A stretch of 64,000 nucleotides of DNA from Eledone cirrhosa. Lineage: Eukaryota. The DNA lies in contig OZ024740.1 in NCBI GenBank assembly GCA_964016885.1, positions 289,292,001 through 289,356,000 of the forward strand. The letters are read 5' to 3'. Under the pieces are notes generated by a model that had not been told where the DNA came from, searched no databases, and worked only from the letters and a program-made list of their open reading frames with translations. Shown one piece after another: positions 50,580 to 64,000 of the stretch; the first letter of the stretch is position 1; each line of letters opens with the position of its first letter. The position numbers were made by a program, and so were the translations under genes.

Positions 50580-51335
50580 TTGGAAGGGAAAACCACTACA
50601 TGGTAGATCCCCAGAACGACTTTCTGACAATGATATCGATCAGCTTGGCTCACTATCCTGGTTCAGAAGTGTTGGGTTGAAAGCAGAGATTGACGGACTC
50701 ATTGTTGCTGCACAAACCTAATCTCTAAACACTAGGGCCTATAGACACAGAATAGGTTGGGACTAGTCCTCTATGCAGAACATGCTACAAATATGAAGAA
50801 ATGGTAGATCATGTTATCTCCGGGTGTCAAGACCTGGCAAAAACTAACTATATAGAAAGACACAACCGCATTGCACTGGATGCTCTGCCGCTCTCATGAC
50901 ATCCAAACTTCTGACAAAAGGTATGAACATCAAACAAAAACAGTAATGGAAAAGAGCAACATATCCATCTTGTGAGATATGCCTGTGATAACCCACCGAG
51001 AAATCACTGCCAACAGATCAGATATCATCATAAACAACAAAACAGATCGGACATGTAGCCTTATAGATATTTCCGTACCAGGTGACAAGGATACCTCTAT
51101 AAAAACAATAGAAAAACTGAAAAATACAAAGACCTGGAAATAAAGAACAACCGCATGTGGAGGGTGAACACAAAGACAATCCCTGTGGTAATAGGAACAT
51201 TAGGATTAATATCCAAATAATCAGACCTGTACTTTAGCATCCCTCCCTGCAAGATCAGCAAATATGAGCTACAGAAGATCAGGCTAGGAGGAACAGCAGA
51301 CATTCTCAGACGAGTTCTCTTTCTATAATGAAAAC
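50580..51335 (+). mobile_element. R4/Dong-clade 3' fragment, decayed
   Basis: GLKAEIDGLIVAAQ, PLCRTC..DHVISGC, YIERHN, ANRSDIII..IDISVP, IPVVIGTLG. Confidence 0.8.
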
Positions 51336-51339
51336 ATCT

Positions 51340-53087
51340 ATTGCCCTGGGTTTAAGGCCTGTGTGCTTGTGGTGGTGGTGTTGAAGGTGTTGTTGTTGTT
51401 GGCGGTGGGGTTGCCGCCGGTGGTGATGGTGGTGCTAGTGTGGGTGGTGATGGTGTTGGTGGTGTTGCTGCTGTGAGTCTCTTTGCAGTAGCCTTTACCC
51501 TTTTTTCGTTTCTTTCCTCCCTTTTCGAAGGCGACGATGCGCTGCTTCAGCGTTTGTGCCTTCTTGCGACCTTTTGCCACCCCTCTCCCACCTCACACTC
51601 CATGTCCGATTCTGTGAGGTCGGGGAGGGGTAGCAGCTCCACTCTTTCACTTGTTGTTGTTGGTGATGTTTGCTGCTGCTGCTGTTCTTGATTTCCGTGG
51701 CGTGGGTATGGGTGCCGCGGACCTATCCTTCCTGGTTGCCGCCTGTCCTGTTGCTGGTAGCAGTGGAGCCGGTTTCGGAAGGAGGGGGGTTTCCTCCTTT
51801 CTCAGGGTCTTCTCATTGCAGAAGGCCCTGAGGTGAGTCTTCGATCCATAGCGAAAGCATTTCGGGCGTTTGCCCTCAACACTTATGGGCAGTTCAGTGC
51901 CGTTATCGAAGTCTATCACATGCGGGATAGCTTCGATGCACTCCTGGTTGGTTTGGATTAACATCTCAATGGAGGTGCCGACCCAATCTTCTCGTACTTT
52001 TTTCTGTACTTGCAGTACAGTTGTTTTGTCCTCGATTCCGACGAGGACAGACGCGACCAGCCAAGAAGAGGCCATCCCGGGGGGGGGGGGGGGACGTGGG
52101 TCAGTTTGACCCTCATAAATTTTTGTCCGCAGTAGGAGAGCACCAACACCATTTCCTCGCTCCTTAGTGTCACTAAGGATTGAGCCTTTGCCTCCTGGGA
52201 TGTGGCAAAAAGCACGTCCACGGTGGCATATTTCTTGCCTCGGGTGATATGCGTTTTCCGCTGCCACACAGACCCTAAGGCTTTTTTGTATTTGAGCCTC
52301 TGTGGCTCTTTCAACCCGACGGGATTTTGTGCTTACTGTACGGTACGTGACCGTACAGTGCTGTTGGGTTTCGAAAAATTTTTCGGCTGCCTTGCAGATT
52401 GCTCGGTGTCCGGTTTTCGTCACCATCTTCTTTGCTTCCTGTAATTCCTCATTTGTTGTTGTTGTTGCTGTTGCTGCTGCTGTTGTTGTTTATGCTGCTG
52501 CTGATACTGTTGCGGCTGCTACTGTTGTTTTGCTTGTCACTGTTGCTGCTGCTGCTGTTATTACGGCTGCTACCGCTATTCTTCATGACGTCAGACGAAT
52601 GAAATGGCTTTGCGTATTTACCGCACACATTCGTCGTTGTCGTCGTCGGGGAGAAATGTTCCTCGGTTTGCACGTGCTCTTGGTGAACGATATCAGAAAG
52701 TATATTTTTCTTTTTCTTTAATGGCGTCGCTTGCGAAAGAGAAGGGAGGAAGAGAGACACATTTAGAGAAGGGAGGGAGAGGGACAATCTTCTCTCTGAT
52801 GTAGTGACGATTGAGGAAGAAGAAGACGGAATGAGTGGGAGTGACTTGTGAACATTCTTTTTTGTAGCCATGTTTTTTTTTGTTTAAAATAAATATTGGG
52901 CACAAAACCCCAATAAGCGGTTATTTAACCCCGAAGGGCCAAATAACGGGCAGAAAGACCCCTCTCACGAGGGGGAGGGTGTTTTTATCTACAATTTGGT
53001 TCAAGTTTTAAACAATTTACAATTGTTATAGCGGTTAAAAATTACTATACCTTACAGAGCCGAGCCACCGTCAACCATGGCATTCAA
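51340..53087 (-). mobile_element. Tx1-clade LINE copy 5 (third family): 5' UTR and ORF1, starting at (ATT)n
   Basis: ORF 51647..52426 has TVTYRTVS and ISVEGKRPKCFRYGSKTHLRAFC, homologous to ORF1 of copies 1 and 2. Confidence 0.82.
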
Positions 53088-53103
53088 TAATAATAATAAT
53101 AAT

Positions 53104-55867
53104 CTCGGTGTGTTGCAGGTGCTTTGTGGTGTCGGCCCCGTAGGGATGAAAGGAAAAAAAATTATAGAAAAAATTATAGTCGAAAAATTATAGAACAGAA
53201 CACAGACAGAAGCAAACGCAACAACAAACACAGATTTCAAAAGTTTTGAACACAACAACCCCTACTTCCCTTAGCAGCAGCAGCAACAACAACACTAGTA
53301 ACCAATGTTACTGGCCTTGTAAAACGAAAAACGCAAAGGAGAAAAACAAACAAAGAAAGAAAAATAAGAAAAACTAAGTCAGACATTCAAACATTACAAT
53401 GAAACTTGTGTTTGTTTTTGTTTTTTTAGGTTTTTATCTATTTGTTTGTTTGTTTATTTATGTTCGTCTACAGCGTGATGGTGCCACGCTAAAATCACCG
53501 GGGGTGATGAAATCACCGGTAGTTATGTAACCATACATTCACCAATCCTCGATATGAGTGCTTAAATGTCGAACCTAAACAGTTCGAATAACGGTGAAGT
53601 GGAGACTGGAATGTCATGTGACAGACTCTCACCCAGCAGGTGCTTCCTGGCCCAGCAGCAGGGACCTGGCTGTCATCCAAATACTGCTGATGTTGGAGGA
53701 AGAGGAAGAAAGAAAGGGACCAGAACCAACTGGACGAAAGAAATGAATAGAGCTGTTATCCAATGTTACCTGAAGAGTAACCCCAAGGAAAAAGGCTATA
53801 GGAGACGGATGCATAACATATGGAACGAGATTGGTCTATTTAAATTAGATGAACAAAAATTGGCCGGGCAGGCTCGGGTAATAAGAACTAATGAGTGGAT
53901 AAGCGAGCTGGAACTGGAGGAACTGAGCCGAGAGATTAGGTTGGAAATGGAGAGTGGAGTATGCTAGGCAAAGGATGCCGAAAGAAGTCCCGTGGTACAA
54001 AGGACAAGTTACTTATTGATAAGATGGTAATGAGGAATTGCAAGAGGAGACACACTGGTCTTGCCATGTGATGGATAGACTACAAAAAGGCATTTGACAT
54101 GGTGCCTCATTCTTGGATCACCAAAAGCCTGGAGATCTTCAAGGTGGCAGATAACATCAGATAGTTGTTGGGCAAAAGTATGAAGTCCTGGGAAACAGAG
54201 TTAACATCAACTGGAGAATCCTTGGGAAGCGTGAAGATCAAGAGAGGTATCTTCCAGGGAGATAGTCTGTCCCCTCTGTTGTTTGTCCTTGCCCTGATGC
54301 CCTGACCAGTGTACTGCGAAAAGTGAGAGCAGGATACAGGTTGGGAAAGGGAGGGCTTACCATCAATCACCTCCTCTTCATGGACGATCTTAAGCTCTTC
54401 GGGAAGAGTGAGAAGGAGTTGGATGTGCTTGTTGACACTGTCCGTATTTTCAGCAATGATATATGTATGCAATTTGGTATTAGTAAGTGTGGAGTCCTTG
54501 TGATGAAGAGGGGTAAATTGAGCAGAAGTAACGGAATCCAGGTACCAACAGGTGAGATGATAAAGGAAATTGACTCTGAAGAAGGATACAAGTATTTGGG
54601 TGTTCTGGAGGCTGATGACATCAAGAACAAAAAAATGAAGGAATTGATAAGAACTGAATACATTCGGAGAGTAAGGAGCGTATTAAAGTCACATCTGAAC
54701 AGTAGGAATGCCATAAGTGCAGTAAATTCCCGAGCTGTGTCTATTATTAGGTACAGTGCGGGAATTCTTAGATGGAATGTTGCTGAACAAAAAGAAATGG
54801 ATAGGAAGACTAGGAAGCTATTGACTATCTACAACATGTTCCACAAGAGGAGTGATGTCGATAGACTCTACTTAAGGAGATCTGAAGGTGGAAGAGGTCT
54901 TATCAGCATAGAGGACTGTGTTCAGATGGAGAAAAACAACCTACACAAATACGTGACTGATAGTAGGGAGCCAATGCTCAGAATTGTACTGAAGGAGAGG
55001 ACAATAGACCAGGGGATGTCCAAGGAGGAAATAACAACAAGGAGAAAGAGCAACCTTCATGAAAAATCCCTTCATAGTACCTTCTTTGAGAAAACTGAAT
55101 TCAGAGATCCACAGACATGGAACTGGTTGAATAGAGGAGACCTTAAAAAGGCTACAGAAGGAATGCTAATGACTGCGCAAGAGCAGGCCCTCAAAACGAA
55201 GTGGCTGAAACACCATATTTACAAGGAGGAGGCTAGCCCACTATGTAGGATCTGTGGAGAGAGGAGACTGTGGCTCACATTGTATCCGAGTGTAAACACC
55301 TAGCCCAGACTCACTATAAAGGCTGGAGACATGATGTGATGGGCAGGGTGATCCACTGGCACCTATGCAAAGTAAACAATTTACCACATTCTGAGAAGTG
55401 GTATGAGCATAAGCCAGAGTCGGTGATAGAAAACGATCAGGTGAAGGTGCTGCGGGATTTTAGGATACAGACGGACAAGAAACTGGAACATAATAGACCT
55501 GACCTGGTGGTTTTGGACAAGGAAAAAAGATCGTGCCTGATTGTGGATGTAGCCTTCCTATTCGACACGAGAGTGCAAGAGAAGGAGAGGGAGAAAATTA
55601 ACCGATACCAGGACTTAAAGTGGGAGTTAAAAAGTATTTGGAACTGCCATGAAGTCAAAGTGGTCCCGATTGTTATAGGCGCACTAGGTACTATCTCAAA
55701 ATGTTTCCAGGGATGGTTAAAGAAAATTGGAACGCTTCAAAAGGCATGCTTGCTGGAAACAGCAAGAACCCTCCGATACGTCCTGAATATCTGAGGCTGC
55801 AGGTAGTGGCTTGATATTCATTTCAACAAACTTTCCAGTTAACTAACATCAATGACTGAGACTCAAA

Positions 55868-55869
<2 letters not shown>
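53104..55869 (+). mobile_element. R4/Dong-clade LINE (family X), internally deleted, flanked by (TAA)n
   Basis: N-terminal domain (WTKEMN..GYRRRMHNIW..EQKLAGQAR) jumps at ~53970 to RT (WIDYKKAFD, GIFQGDSLSP, FMDD, GGRGL), then knuckle and RLE (NRPD..VDVA..YQDL). Confidence 0.9.
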
Positions 55870-55910
<41 letters not shown>

Positions 55911-55913
<3 letters not shown>

Positions 55914-58900
55914 AAAACCCCGTGACCAAAAAATACCGGGAGGACGACCCCTCTAGTCTTGGTTGACAGTCGTCCTAGAAGTGGTAACACGAAATGATTG
56001 TCCCTTGGCGGTTAAGGATAAAACGCGACAAAATTAAGTAAATGTCAAATGATAAAATCTCATACCGTATCGGTCGTCACCCGGGTCAAAAAGGGCCGCG
56101 TCCCTCAGAGAGGAACCAGACTGGGGTCGAAAAATCAGCTAATGGTTCAAACCTTCCCATCACTTCGGAGCTGGAGACCTCCCATAACCGGAATACTCCT
56201 ACTGTTGGCCCTCCATGCTCACCACCAAGAAATCCAAAGAAAAAGAGAGAAGACAATAAAGAAGTCCTTGAGGCTTTCTACACTGCCATGTACTATCCAT
56301 CAAATATATCGAATACAGAACAGACATATATCAACTGGAAAAAGAAACATCCCGAAAACAGAGGCTATATTGACAGTAACAAACTAGCCAATATACGAAG
56401 AAATATTGTTAAAAAAAAGTTACTAACTGATAGAGAAATTGATCAGATCAAGCTATTAGCACAAAGTCAGCGAAGGGAAAATGAAACATGTGTCAGTGAA
56501 AACGAGGTAAATTGTAGCACTTCGAATCCCAGGGTTGGGGCGGATTCACTGACAACAGAGCAAATTAAAGAAAGGATCGAAAAAAGTGGAGGGAGTGCAT
56601 GCTCAAGATGAAACTCAAAATGAAAACAATGAGATCGTAAATGATAAAGAAATGAATGAGAATGAACTTGCCAACTTGAAGGATGAAATTATGATCGAAT
56701 GGATGAAAATGAAAGAATCTGACATGGGGGAACGAGACACCCTCCCTAAGATCCAGAACTCCAAACAGAGCCAAAAGATAATACACAAGACTAACATAAT
56801 TCTCAAAAACATTATCATCACAAACAAACTAAACATTACTGATTTAAATCATCTCTATTATGCATCGGCTAAAGTCACCACTCACTTATGTGGAGTGAAG
56901 ATGAAAAAACAAAGGAATTCCCACAAGAAATCTACTTGGCAAGAGAACATCAATCGCCAAATAAACCTTCTCCGATCTGACATAGAAATTTTAACAAACT
57001 ATAAAGTAGGTGAACATGTTAAACAAACTAAACTTAGAAAATTGAAAAAAAAGTACAGTATAAAATCAACAAGTCACATAGACATGCTGATAGAAATAAT
57101 CAGTGTCGGCCAAAGCTGATCGTGTAAGGCGCTTTGAAAAACGGACAATAATATGTTCAAAAACAACCAAAGAAACTTCTACAGAAAAATTGGCAAGTCA
57201 ACAATAACTGCTAAATCAATACCACCCAAGGAGGAAGTGCAAGAATTCTGGGAAAAGATCTGGGCCGAAGAAAAAGTTCATAATATACATGCCCCATGGA
57301 CAGACAGACAAATGAAAGATACAGCTCACCTTGAGGAACAAATATGGGAAAATATAACAGTTGAACAGTTGCATTTGGCTCTTAGAAAAACCAGCAAATG
57401 GAAATCCCCAGGAAAAGACAAAATACAAAATTTTTGAATAAATGCCTTCACAGAGTCTCATGAGCTGTTAGCCCAACTTTACAATGAAATAGTTAAGGAG
57501 CCAGAAAAGATACCATCATGGCTAGTTAACGGCATTACATTCCTTCTTCCGAAGAATGATGAGACAAACAATCCCAAAAATTACAGACCGATAACTTGCT
57601 TGACCACAATGTATAACATTTTAAAATCAGTCGTAACTGACTGTACATATGACCACGTGATAACAAATGACCTATTTCCCAATGAGCAGAAAGGGTGTAA
57701 ACGAGGCTCATATGGCTGTAAGGATCAGCTTTTGGTTAACAAAATGAAACTGGAAGATTGTCATAATAGACACAAAAATCTATCAATTGCTTGGATAGAT
57801 TATAAAAAAGCATTCGATAGTTTGCTACACAGTTGGATTGAAAAATGTTTAGAGATTTTCAAAATATCTCCCGTTGTCAGGAGGTTCTTGTCATTCAGTA
57901 TGAAGACATGGAAAACGACACTTGAATAGTGAAAAGGAATCACTGGAAGCTGGAGAAGTTAATATTAATTGTGGAATTTTTCAGGGTGACTCTTTATCAC
58001 CGCTTTTATTCTGCCTCGCACTTATACCATTAAGTAAAATGCTCAATTAAACAAAACATGGATATAAAGTCTATGACAAAACCATTAATCACTTGTTCTA
58101 CATGGATAACCTGAAACTATTTGCAAAAAATGAGGAGCAGTTGAGCGATGACATTAAAATGGAGTTTGGACTAGATAAATGCGCCAAAGCAACGTTCACC
58201 AGAGGAAAGCTACTGAAAAGTTCAGACATTAATCTTGATCGGGGGAATGTGATAAGAGAACTTGATCAAGAGGAAACTTACAAATTTCTAGGTGTTTGTG
58301 AAGGAGACGGAATCAAGCACTCGACAACGAGGGAAAGGATAAGGAAGGAATGTTACCGCAGAGTAAGAGCTATCTTAAGAACGGAATTGAATGCAAGGAA
58401 TAGGATCGATGCCATAAACACGCTTGCCATACCAGTAGTAACCTAGAGTTACAATGTCATCAACTGGTCAAGCACAGAGATCCGTAGGCTCGATACAAAA
58501 ATTCGAAAATTCTTAACCATGCACAGAATGCATCACCCTAAGGCAGATACAGATAGAATATATCTCCCTAGAAAAGAAGGAGGGCGTGGGTTAATCCAGT
58601 TAGACATTGCGTTGAAAACTGCAACAATTGGATTATCTACATATCTAAGGGAATCACATGATTGGATGATCAAACTCGTTTTGAAACACGAAAGCACCAA
58701 AAGATCATACTCCATTACAAAAGATGCACAAAGATACAGTAATGGACTACAAATTTCAGAAGTCCCATTTACTGCTGAAATGGAAAACACAGAAAAAGCA
58801 AAGCAGGTAAAAGTAACTGCAAAGAAAGAACTGCTACAGAAACTGGCTAAGAAATGGCAAGGAAAGCCTCTGTATGGAAAATACCCAGAAAGAGCTGACA

Positions 58901-59763
58901 ATCCTGATGTTGACAAAACTTTAACCCATCAGTGGTTGGCATCCTCTGGACTGAAATCGGAGACTGAAGGACTGATTATATCAGCACAAGATCAGTGTCT
59001 GCCAACAAAAAATTACCAAGCCAACATAATAAAAAATGGATGCAACCCATTATGCCGTGTATGTAAAAAACAACCAGAGACCATTGATCATATAATTTCA
59101 ATGTGCAGTCCTATATCTCCAACCGAATACCTAAACAGACATGACAGAGCTGCACAATACATACATTGGATAATGTGTAAGCATTTTGACTTGCTCCATC
59201 AAAAGAATTGGTGGGAGCATCAACCACCTCCCATACTTGAAAAAGATCACATCTCAATCTTGTGGAACTATAGCATTCAAACAGACCGAAAAATAGATGC
59301 AAATAGACCTGATATAATACTGAAGGACTTTAAAAAAAGGGTATGCCTGCTAATTGATATGTCCGTTCCAATAGACAAGAATGTATCTATAAAAACATTT
59401 GAAAAATTGAGCAAGTATAAGGACCTGGAGATAGAAATTGGAAAAATGTGGAAATTGAGAACTAAAACAATACCAGTGGTTGTAGGCGCTCTAGGAATGA
59501 TACCTAAGGGGTCTAATGATTACTTATCGTAAATCCCAGGAAACCCGCGTATAGGAGAAATACAAAAGATAGTACTAATGGGAACTGCCCATATACTAAG
59601 GAAGATTCTGTCAATATAAGTACATCACAAGTCTAAACACCTAAAGATGCATGTGTGTGTATGTATGTTCTTTCTTGAACATGGCGGACCTTGTTGTCTC
59701 TTGAGGTCACTGGTTGTGACTTGGTGATAACTCGTATGAACATAAAGCAAGATAAATGCAACT
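55911..59763 (+). mobile_element. R4/Dong-clade LINE (family Y), near full length, decayed, flanked by (TAA)n
   Basis: ORF pieces 56042-59532 with WKSPGKD, NYRPITCL, QKGC, WIDYKKAFD, GIFQGDSLSP, YMDN, GGRGL, CRVC..H..C, RHD, NRPD..IDMSVP..KYKDL. Confidence 0.93.
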
Positions 59764-59777
59764 ATAATAATAATTAT

Positions 59778-59969
59778 TATAATTGTTTCTATTTTAGGCA
59801 CAAGGCCAGCAATTATCCAGTACATTACTGGTACTTTATTTTATCGACCCCGTAAGGATGAAAGGCAAAGTTAACCTCGGCCGGATTTGAACTCAGATCG
59901 TAAAGGGACGTAACTATGCTGGAAAGTATGGCGTCCGACTCTCTACCGATACTACTAATTCACCGCCCT
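59778..59969 (-). mobile_element. SINE family A
   Basis: Full copy in (TAA)n. Confidence 0.9.
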
Positions 59970-59980
59970 TATAATAATTA

Positions 59981-60256
59981 TTTCTTTATTGGCCACAAGG
60001 GCTGACATCAAGAAAAACATTACAGACGGCACAGGACGGTACAGGACGGTACGATGTGGGTTTTGTGCGCGTAAATATTTTTATTATTTATATAAGAAAA
60101 GAAAAAAAGGACATAGAAACATATATATATATATAAACAATAAAAATGAAAATTGAAACAATGAAAAATTCCCCAATAGGGGGGGAACCTCCGAGGGTTA
60201 CTCGTGGCGAAAACCACTCAAAAGACCACGGCCACCCTGACCACTAGGGCAAGCGA
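59981..60256 (-). mobile_element. Tx1-clade 3' UTR stub in (ATT)n
   Basis: Minus strand CCCCTATTGGGGA ... GCCCTTGTGGCCAATAAAGAAA-TAATTATT, paralleling the copy-1 3' UTR. Confidence 0.72.
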
Positions 60257-60269
60257 AAATAATAATAAT

Positions 60270-60717
60270 GATTGTTTCTACTTTTGGCACAAGGCCAGCA
60301 ATTACCCAGTACATTACTGGTACTTTATTTTATCGACCCCGTAAGGATGAAAGGCAAAGTTGACCTCGGCGGGATTTGAACTCAGAATGAAAAGGGACGT
60401 AACTCCATGCGTCAAAGCATGACGTCCGACCCTCTACCGATACTGCCAATCCACCGCCCTGGGCGGGATTTGAACTCAGATCGTAAAGGGACGTAACTAT
60501 GCCAATCCACCGATGATAATAATAATAATTGTTTCTACTTTTGGCACAAGGCCAGCAATTACCCAGTACATTACTGGTACTTTATTTTATCGACCCCGTA
60601 AGGATGAAAGGCAAAGTTGACCTCGGCGGGATTTGAACTCAGAATGAAAAGGGACGTAACTCCATGCGTCAAAGCATGACGTCCGACCCTCTACCGATAC
60701 TGCCAATCCACCGCCCT
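60270..60717 (-). mobile_element. SINE family A tandem: two essentially identical copies with a rearranged partial copy between
   Basis: 60270-60459 and 60527-60717 share the diagnostic AGAATGAAAAGGGACGTAACTCCATGCGTC. Confidence 0.9.
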
Positions 60718-60749
60718 GATGATAATAATAATAATAATAATAATAATAA

Positions 60750-61088
60750 GGGTAATGAGGTTACCAACTATAGGCCTATTACATGTCTGGCCGTACAGTT
60801 GTACTGAAGGAGAAGACAATAGACCAGGGGATGTCCAAGAAGGAAGTAAAAACAAAGAGGAAGAGCAACCTTCATGAAAAATCCCTTCATAGCACCTTTT
60901 CTAAGAAAACGGAATTCAGAGATCCACAGACATGGAGCTGGTTAAAAAGAGGAGACATTAAAAAAGCTACAGAAGGAATACTAATGGCTGCACAAGAGCA
61001 AACCCTCAGAACGAAGTAGGTGAAACACCATATTGACAAGGAGGAAACTAGCTCACTCTGTAGGGTCTGTGGAGAGAGAGAGAGAGAG

Positions 61089-61177
<89 letters not shown>

Positions 61178-61794
61178 ACTGTGGCTCACATCGTATCCGA
61201 GTGTAAACACCTTACCCAGACTCACTATAAAGGCTGGAGGTACGATATAATAGGAAAGATTATTCACTGGCATTTATGCAAACTAAACAATTTACCATAT
61301 TCTGTGAAGTGGTTTGAGTATAAGCCAGAGTCGGTGATAGAAAACGATTGAGTGAAGCTGCGATGATATTTCAGGATACAGACGAACAAGAAATTAGAAC
61401 ACAATAGGTCTGACCTGGTGGTTTTGGACAAGGAAAAAAGATTGTGCCATATTGTAGATGTAGCCTGCCCATTTGACACGAGAGTGCAAGAAAAGGAGAA
61501 GGAGAAAATTAACCGATACCAGGATTTAAAGTGGGAATTAAAAAGGATTTGGGATTGTCATGAGATCAAGGCCGTCCCGATTGTCATAGGAGCACTAGGT
61601 ACTATCTCAAAGAGTTTTCAAGGATGGTTAAAGAACATTAACCCAGCCCCTGTTTTAGAACACTTCAAATGGCATGGTTGCTGGGAACAGCAAGAGCCCT
61701 CCGATACGCCCTGAATATCTGAGGCTGCAGGTAGCGGCTTGATGTTCATTTGAACAAACTTTCCAGTTAAATAACATCAATGACTGAGACTCCA
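60750..61794 (+). mobile_element. R4/Dong family X copy, truncated and internally deleted, in (TAA)n
   Basis: NYRPITCL fused to a C-terminal region homologous to 54985-55869. Same 3' UTR ending GACTGAGACTC. (GA)n expansion inside. Confidence 0.9.
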
Positions 61795-61813
61795 ATAATA
61801 ATAATAACAATTA

Positions 61814-61982
61814 CCGTATTTCCCGGCGCCGAAGGCGCTTCGTCCTCGAGGACGCACCCTAATTTTGACAACCAAAAATTAGAAAAAAAAATAATAAACA
61901 ACCTTCAGCCTCCAGGACGCATGGTAGATTTTTAGGACTTATTTTAAGAAAAAAGTAGCGTCTTCGATGCCGGGAAATACGG
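61814..61982. mobile_element. Tc1/mariner (Tc2/pogo-like) MITE
   Basis: TIR CCGTATTTCCCGGC / GCCGGGAAATACGG. TA TSD. Confidence 0.88.
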
Positions 61983-61984
61983 TA

Positions 61985-62372
61985 TTATCTCTACTATAGG
62001 CATAAGGCCAGCAATTTTGGGGGAAGGAGAAGTCGATTAATCGACCTCAGTACTTACTGGTGCTTTATTTTATCGACCCTGTAAGGATGAAAGGGAAAGC
62101 TAACCGTGTCGGGATTTGAACTCAGAACGTAAAGGGCCATAACTCTCTGACACAAAGCAGGGTGTCCGACGCTCTACCGATTAATAATAATAATATTACT
62201 TTTGACACAAGGCCAGCAAATAACCAGTACATTACTGGTACTTTATTTTATCGACCCCGTAAGGATGAAAGGCAAAGTAAACCTCGGCGAGATTTGAACT
62301 CAGAATGGCAAGGGCCGTAACTATATGCGTCAAATCATGGTGTCCGACCTCTAATAATAGTACCAATCCACC
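61985..62372 (-). mobile_element. Two SINE family A copies
   Basis: 61985-62180 (long subfamily) and 62198-62372 (short subfamily), separated by (TAA)n. Confidence 0.85.
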
Positions 62373-63043
62373 AATGATAGATCAACAGGGATAGGAAAGG
62401 GCAAAAAGAAGGCAGAAGAGGCAATATGAAGAGAGAGAGAGAGAGAGAGAGAGAGTAAAGACAGGAGGAAGTATCAGAAAACTGACAGAATTCAACGAAT
62501 GATAAAGAAAGAAGAAAAATGACCGAAAACATATAACTAAGGCTGTGAGAACATTGAAGGCTGAAGTGGGCAGAAAAAAGAAAACACAGAACAAAATAAT
62601 AAAATAAATGGACTAGGCAAACAACATGGCAGACGACAGATCACTGAAAGCAGAAGACAGAAAATAAAAGATAGAAGATGAAATAAAAGAAGAGATGGAA
62701 GAATACTTGCTACTTGATATAAGGTATTTATTAGCTTGTACAATAGTCGAATAACAAGTTCTGCATGTTTATATTTCATTGCTTTCCATTCCCAATTGTC
62801 TCAGGTTTGTCTCCATTACGGCAGCTTTTACGGTCGTCTGCCCAAATATACACTGCAAATATTGGTTGTTAACTTAATCTCTAGCCAAACAAACAGTTCA
62901 CGGCAATCAATGACCCAATACGCACCCACATCTCATTACACGTATGTATGTATGTATGTATGTATGTATGTATGTATGTATGTATGTATGTATGTATGTA
63001 TGTATGTATGCATGTATGTATGTATGTATGTATGTATGTATGT

Positions 63044-64000
63044 TCTTCTAGGTTTTATAATTTCACAAACTTTTCCCAATAGAGAGAGAGTCGGTTTCTA
63101 ACATAGACACAAGACTCTCTCATTGGAATTTACACAACATCAACTAGGTAGATTATGTATGCATGCATGCATGTGTAGATATGGATGTTATTGTATGTGT
63201 GGATGTGTATGTTTTGAGTTGTATGTGTGCATGTGTATTTGCTTTGTATCTATACATGTGTATATGCAGTTATTAGATGCAACATTTTTGGAATGTTTTA
63301 CATATTTTTATTGTTCCATTAATGGATTGTACTTGTAATTTCCTAACTAGTTGTGTTCTTTCTGTTCCTGTGAAGCCTAGCTTCTCAAGATTTGTATTGA
63401 TGCAGTTACTAACATACCCCAGTCTCCCAATAATCACAGGCATAAATCTGAAGGTGTAATCAGGGTGGAGTATCTGCAGATTACTCATCAGTTCTGCATA
63501 AATATTCTCCTTTTCGCTAATCTTTTAAATTATATTGGCATTTGCTGGGCCGCTAATTTCCACTACTGTGCATGTTTTCTTCTCCCTGTCCCATATCATA
63601 ATATCTGGTCTGTTATGCCTGCATTTTATTGGGGTTTATACTGGAACATTCCACCGGTACTCTATCATGTTATGTACATGGATGTCTTTCACATTGCTGT
63701 AGCTTTTAATGTGTTTATTATCGGGGCTATCTTTTTTACGGATTGCATTGTAATGTTTTGGCCACTACATCATGCCTCGTAGGTAGATAGTACCGCGATG
63801 ACATCTTTGGACAGCTGCTGATGACATGGGTGATATCTTCGATGTTAGTTCTGCAGAGTCTGCACTTGTTATCACATCTAGGTGTTTTGCCTTTATCCCT
63901 ATCTGTTTTTTGAATCAGGTATTTCGTGTTAATTTCCTGTTCTTGGATTGCAAAAGCGTATCCTTCAAAGTGGGAGCCAATATAGCGGTTGTTGGTCCAA
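63044..64000 (-). mobile_element. R4/Dong-clade LINE 3' part ending in (CATA)n, continues beyond the window
   Basis: Minus strand FAIQEQE, CRLC..HVISSC, YYL..RH, PDI..VEISGP and LQILHPDYTFRFMPVIIG..KICKTF. 3' UTR ends AGAAGAA-(CATA)n. Confidence 0.88.

Overview
AT-rich, microsatellite-dense animal genomic DNA made up almost entirely of transposable-element debris. The SINE/LINE landscape looks cephalopod (octopus-like), which is an inference. I found no convincing host protein-coding gene. Contents: (1) a decayed Penelope-like element (RT plus C-terminal GIY-YIG, Naiad-like). (2) Five Tx1/L1-clade LINE copies plus 3' stubs. (3) Several R4/Dong-clade LINEs with a restriction-like endonuclease. 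(4) RTE remnants, two tRNA-derived SINE families, and hAT, mariner and Tc2-like MITEs. (5) A ~28-bp degenerate satellite. Highlights: about a dozen full or partial type I hammerhead-ribozyme motifs from about seven unrelated short element families, most in fold-back or palindromic units within (TA)n. Retroelement families partition by microsatellite target: Tx1 at (TATC)n or (ATT)n, R4/Dong at (TAA)n or (CATA)n, Penelope-type termini at (TA)n. The main SINE has a 3' tail matching the (ATT)n Tx1 tail. The Penelope ORF has an in-frame TGA at a conserved Cys (possible selenocysteine). There is also a head-to-head tRNA-like pair. Coordinates were read by eye and element boundaries are approximate.
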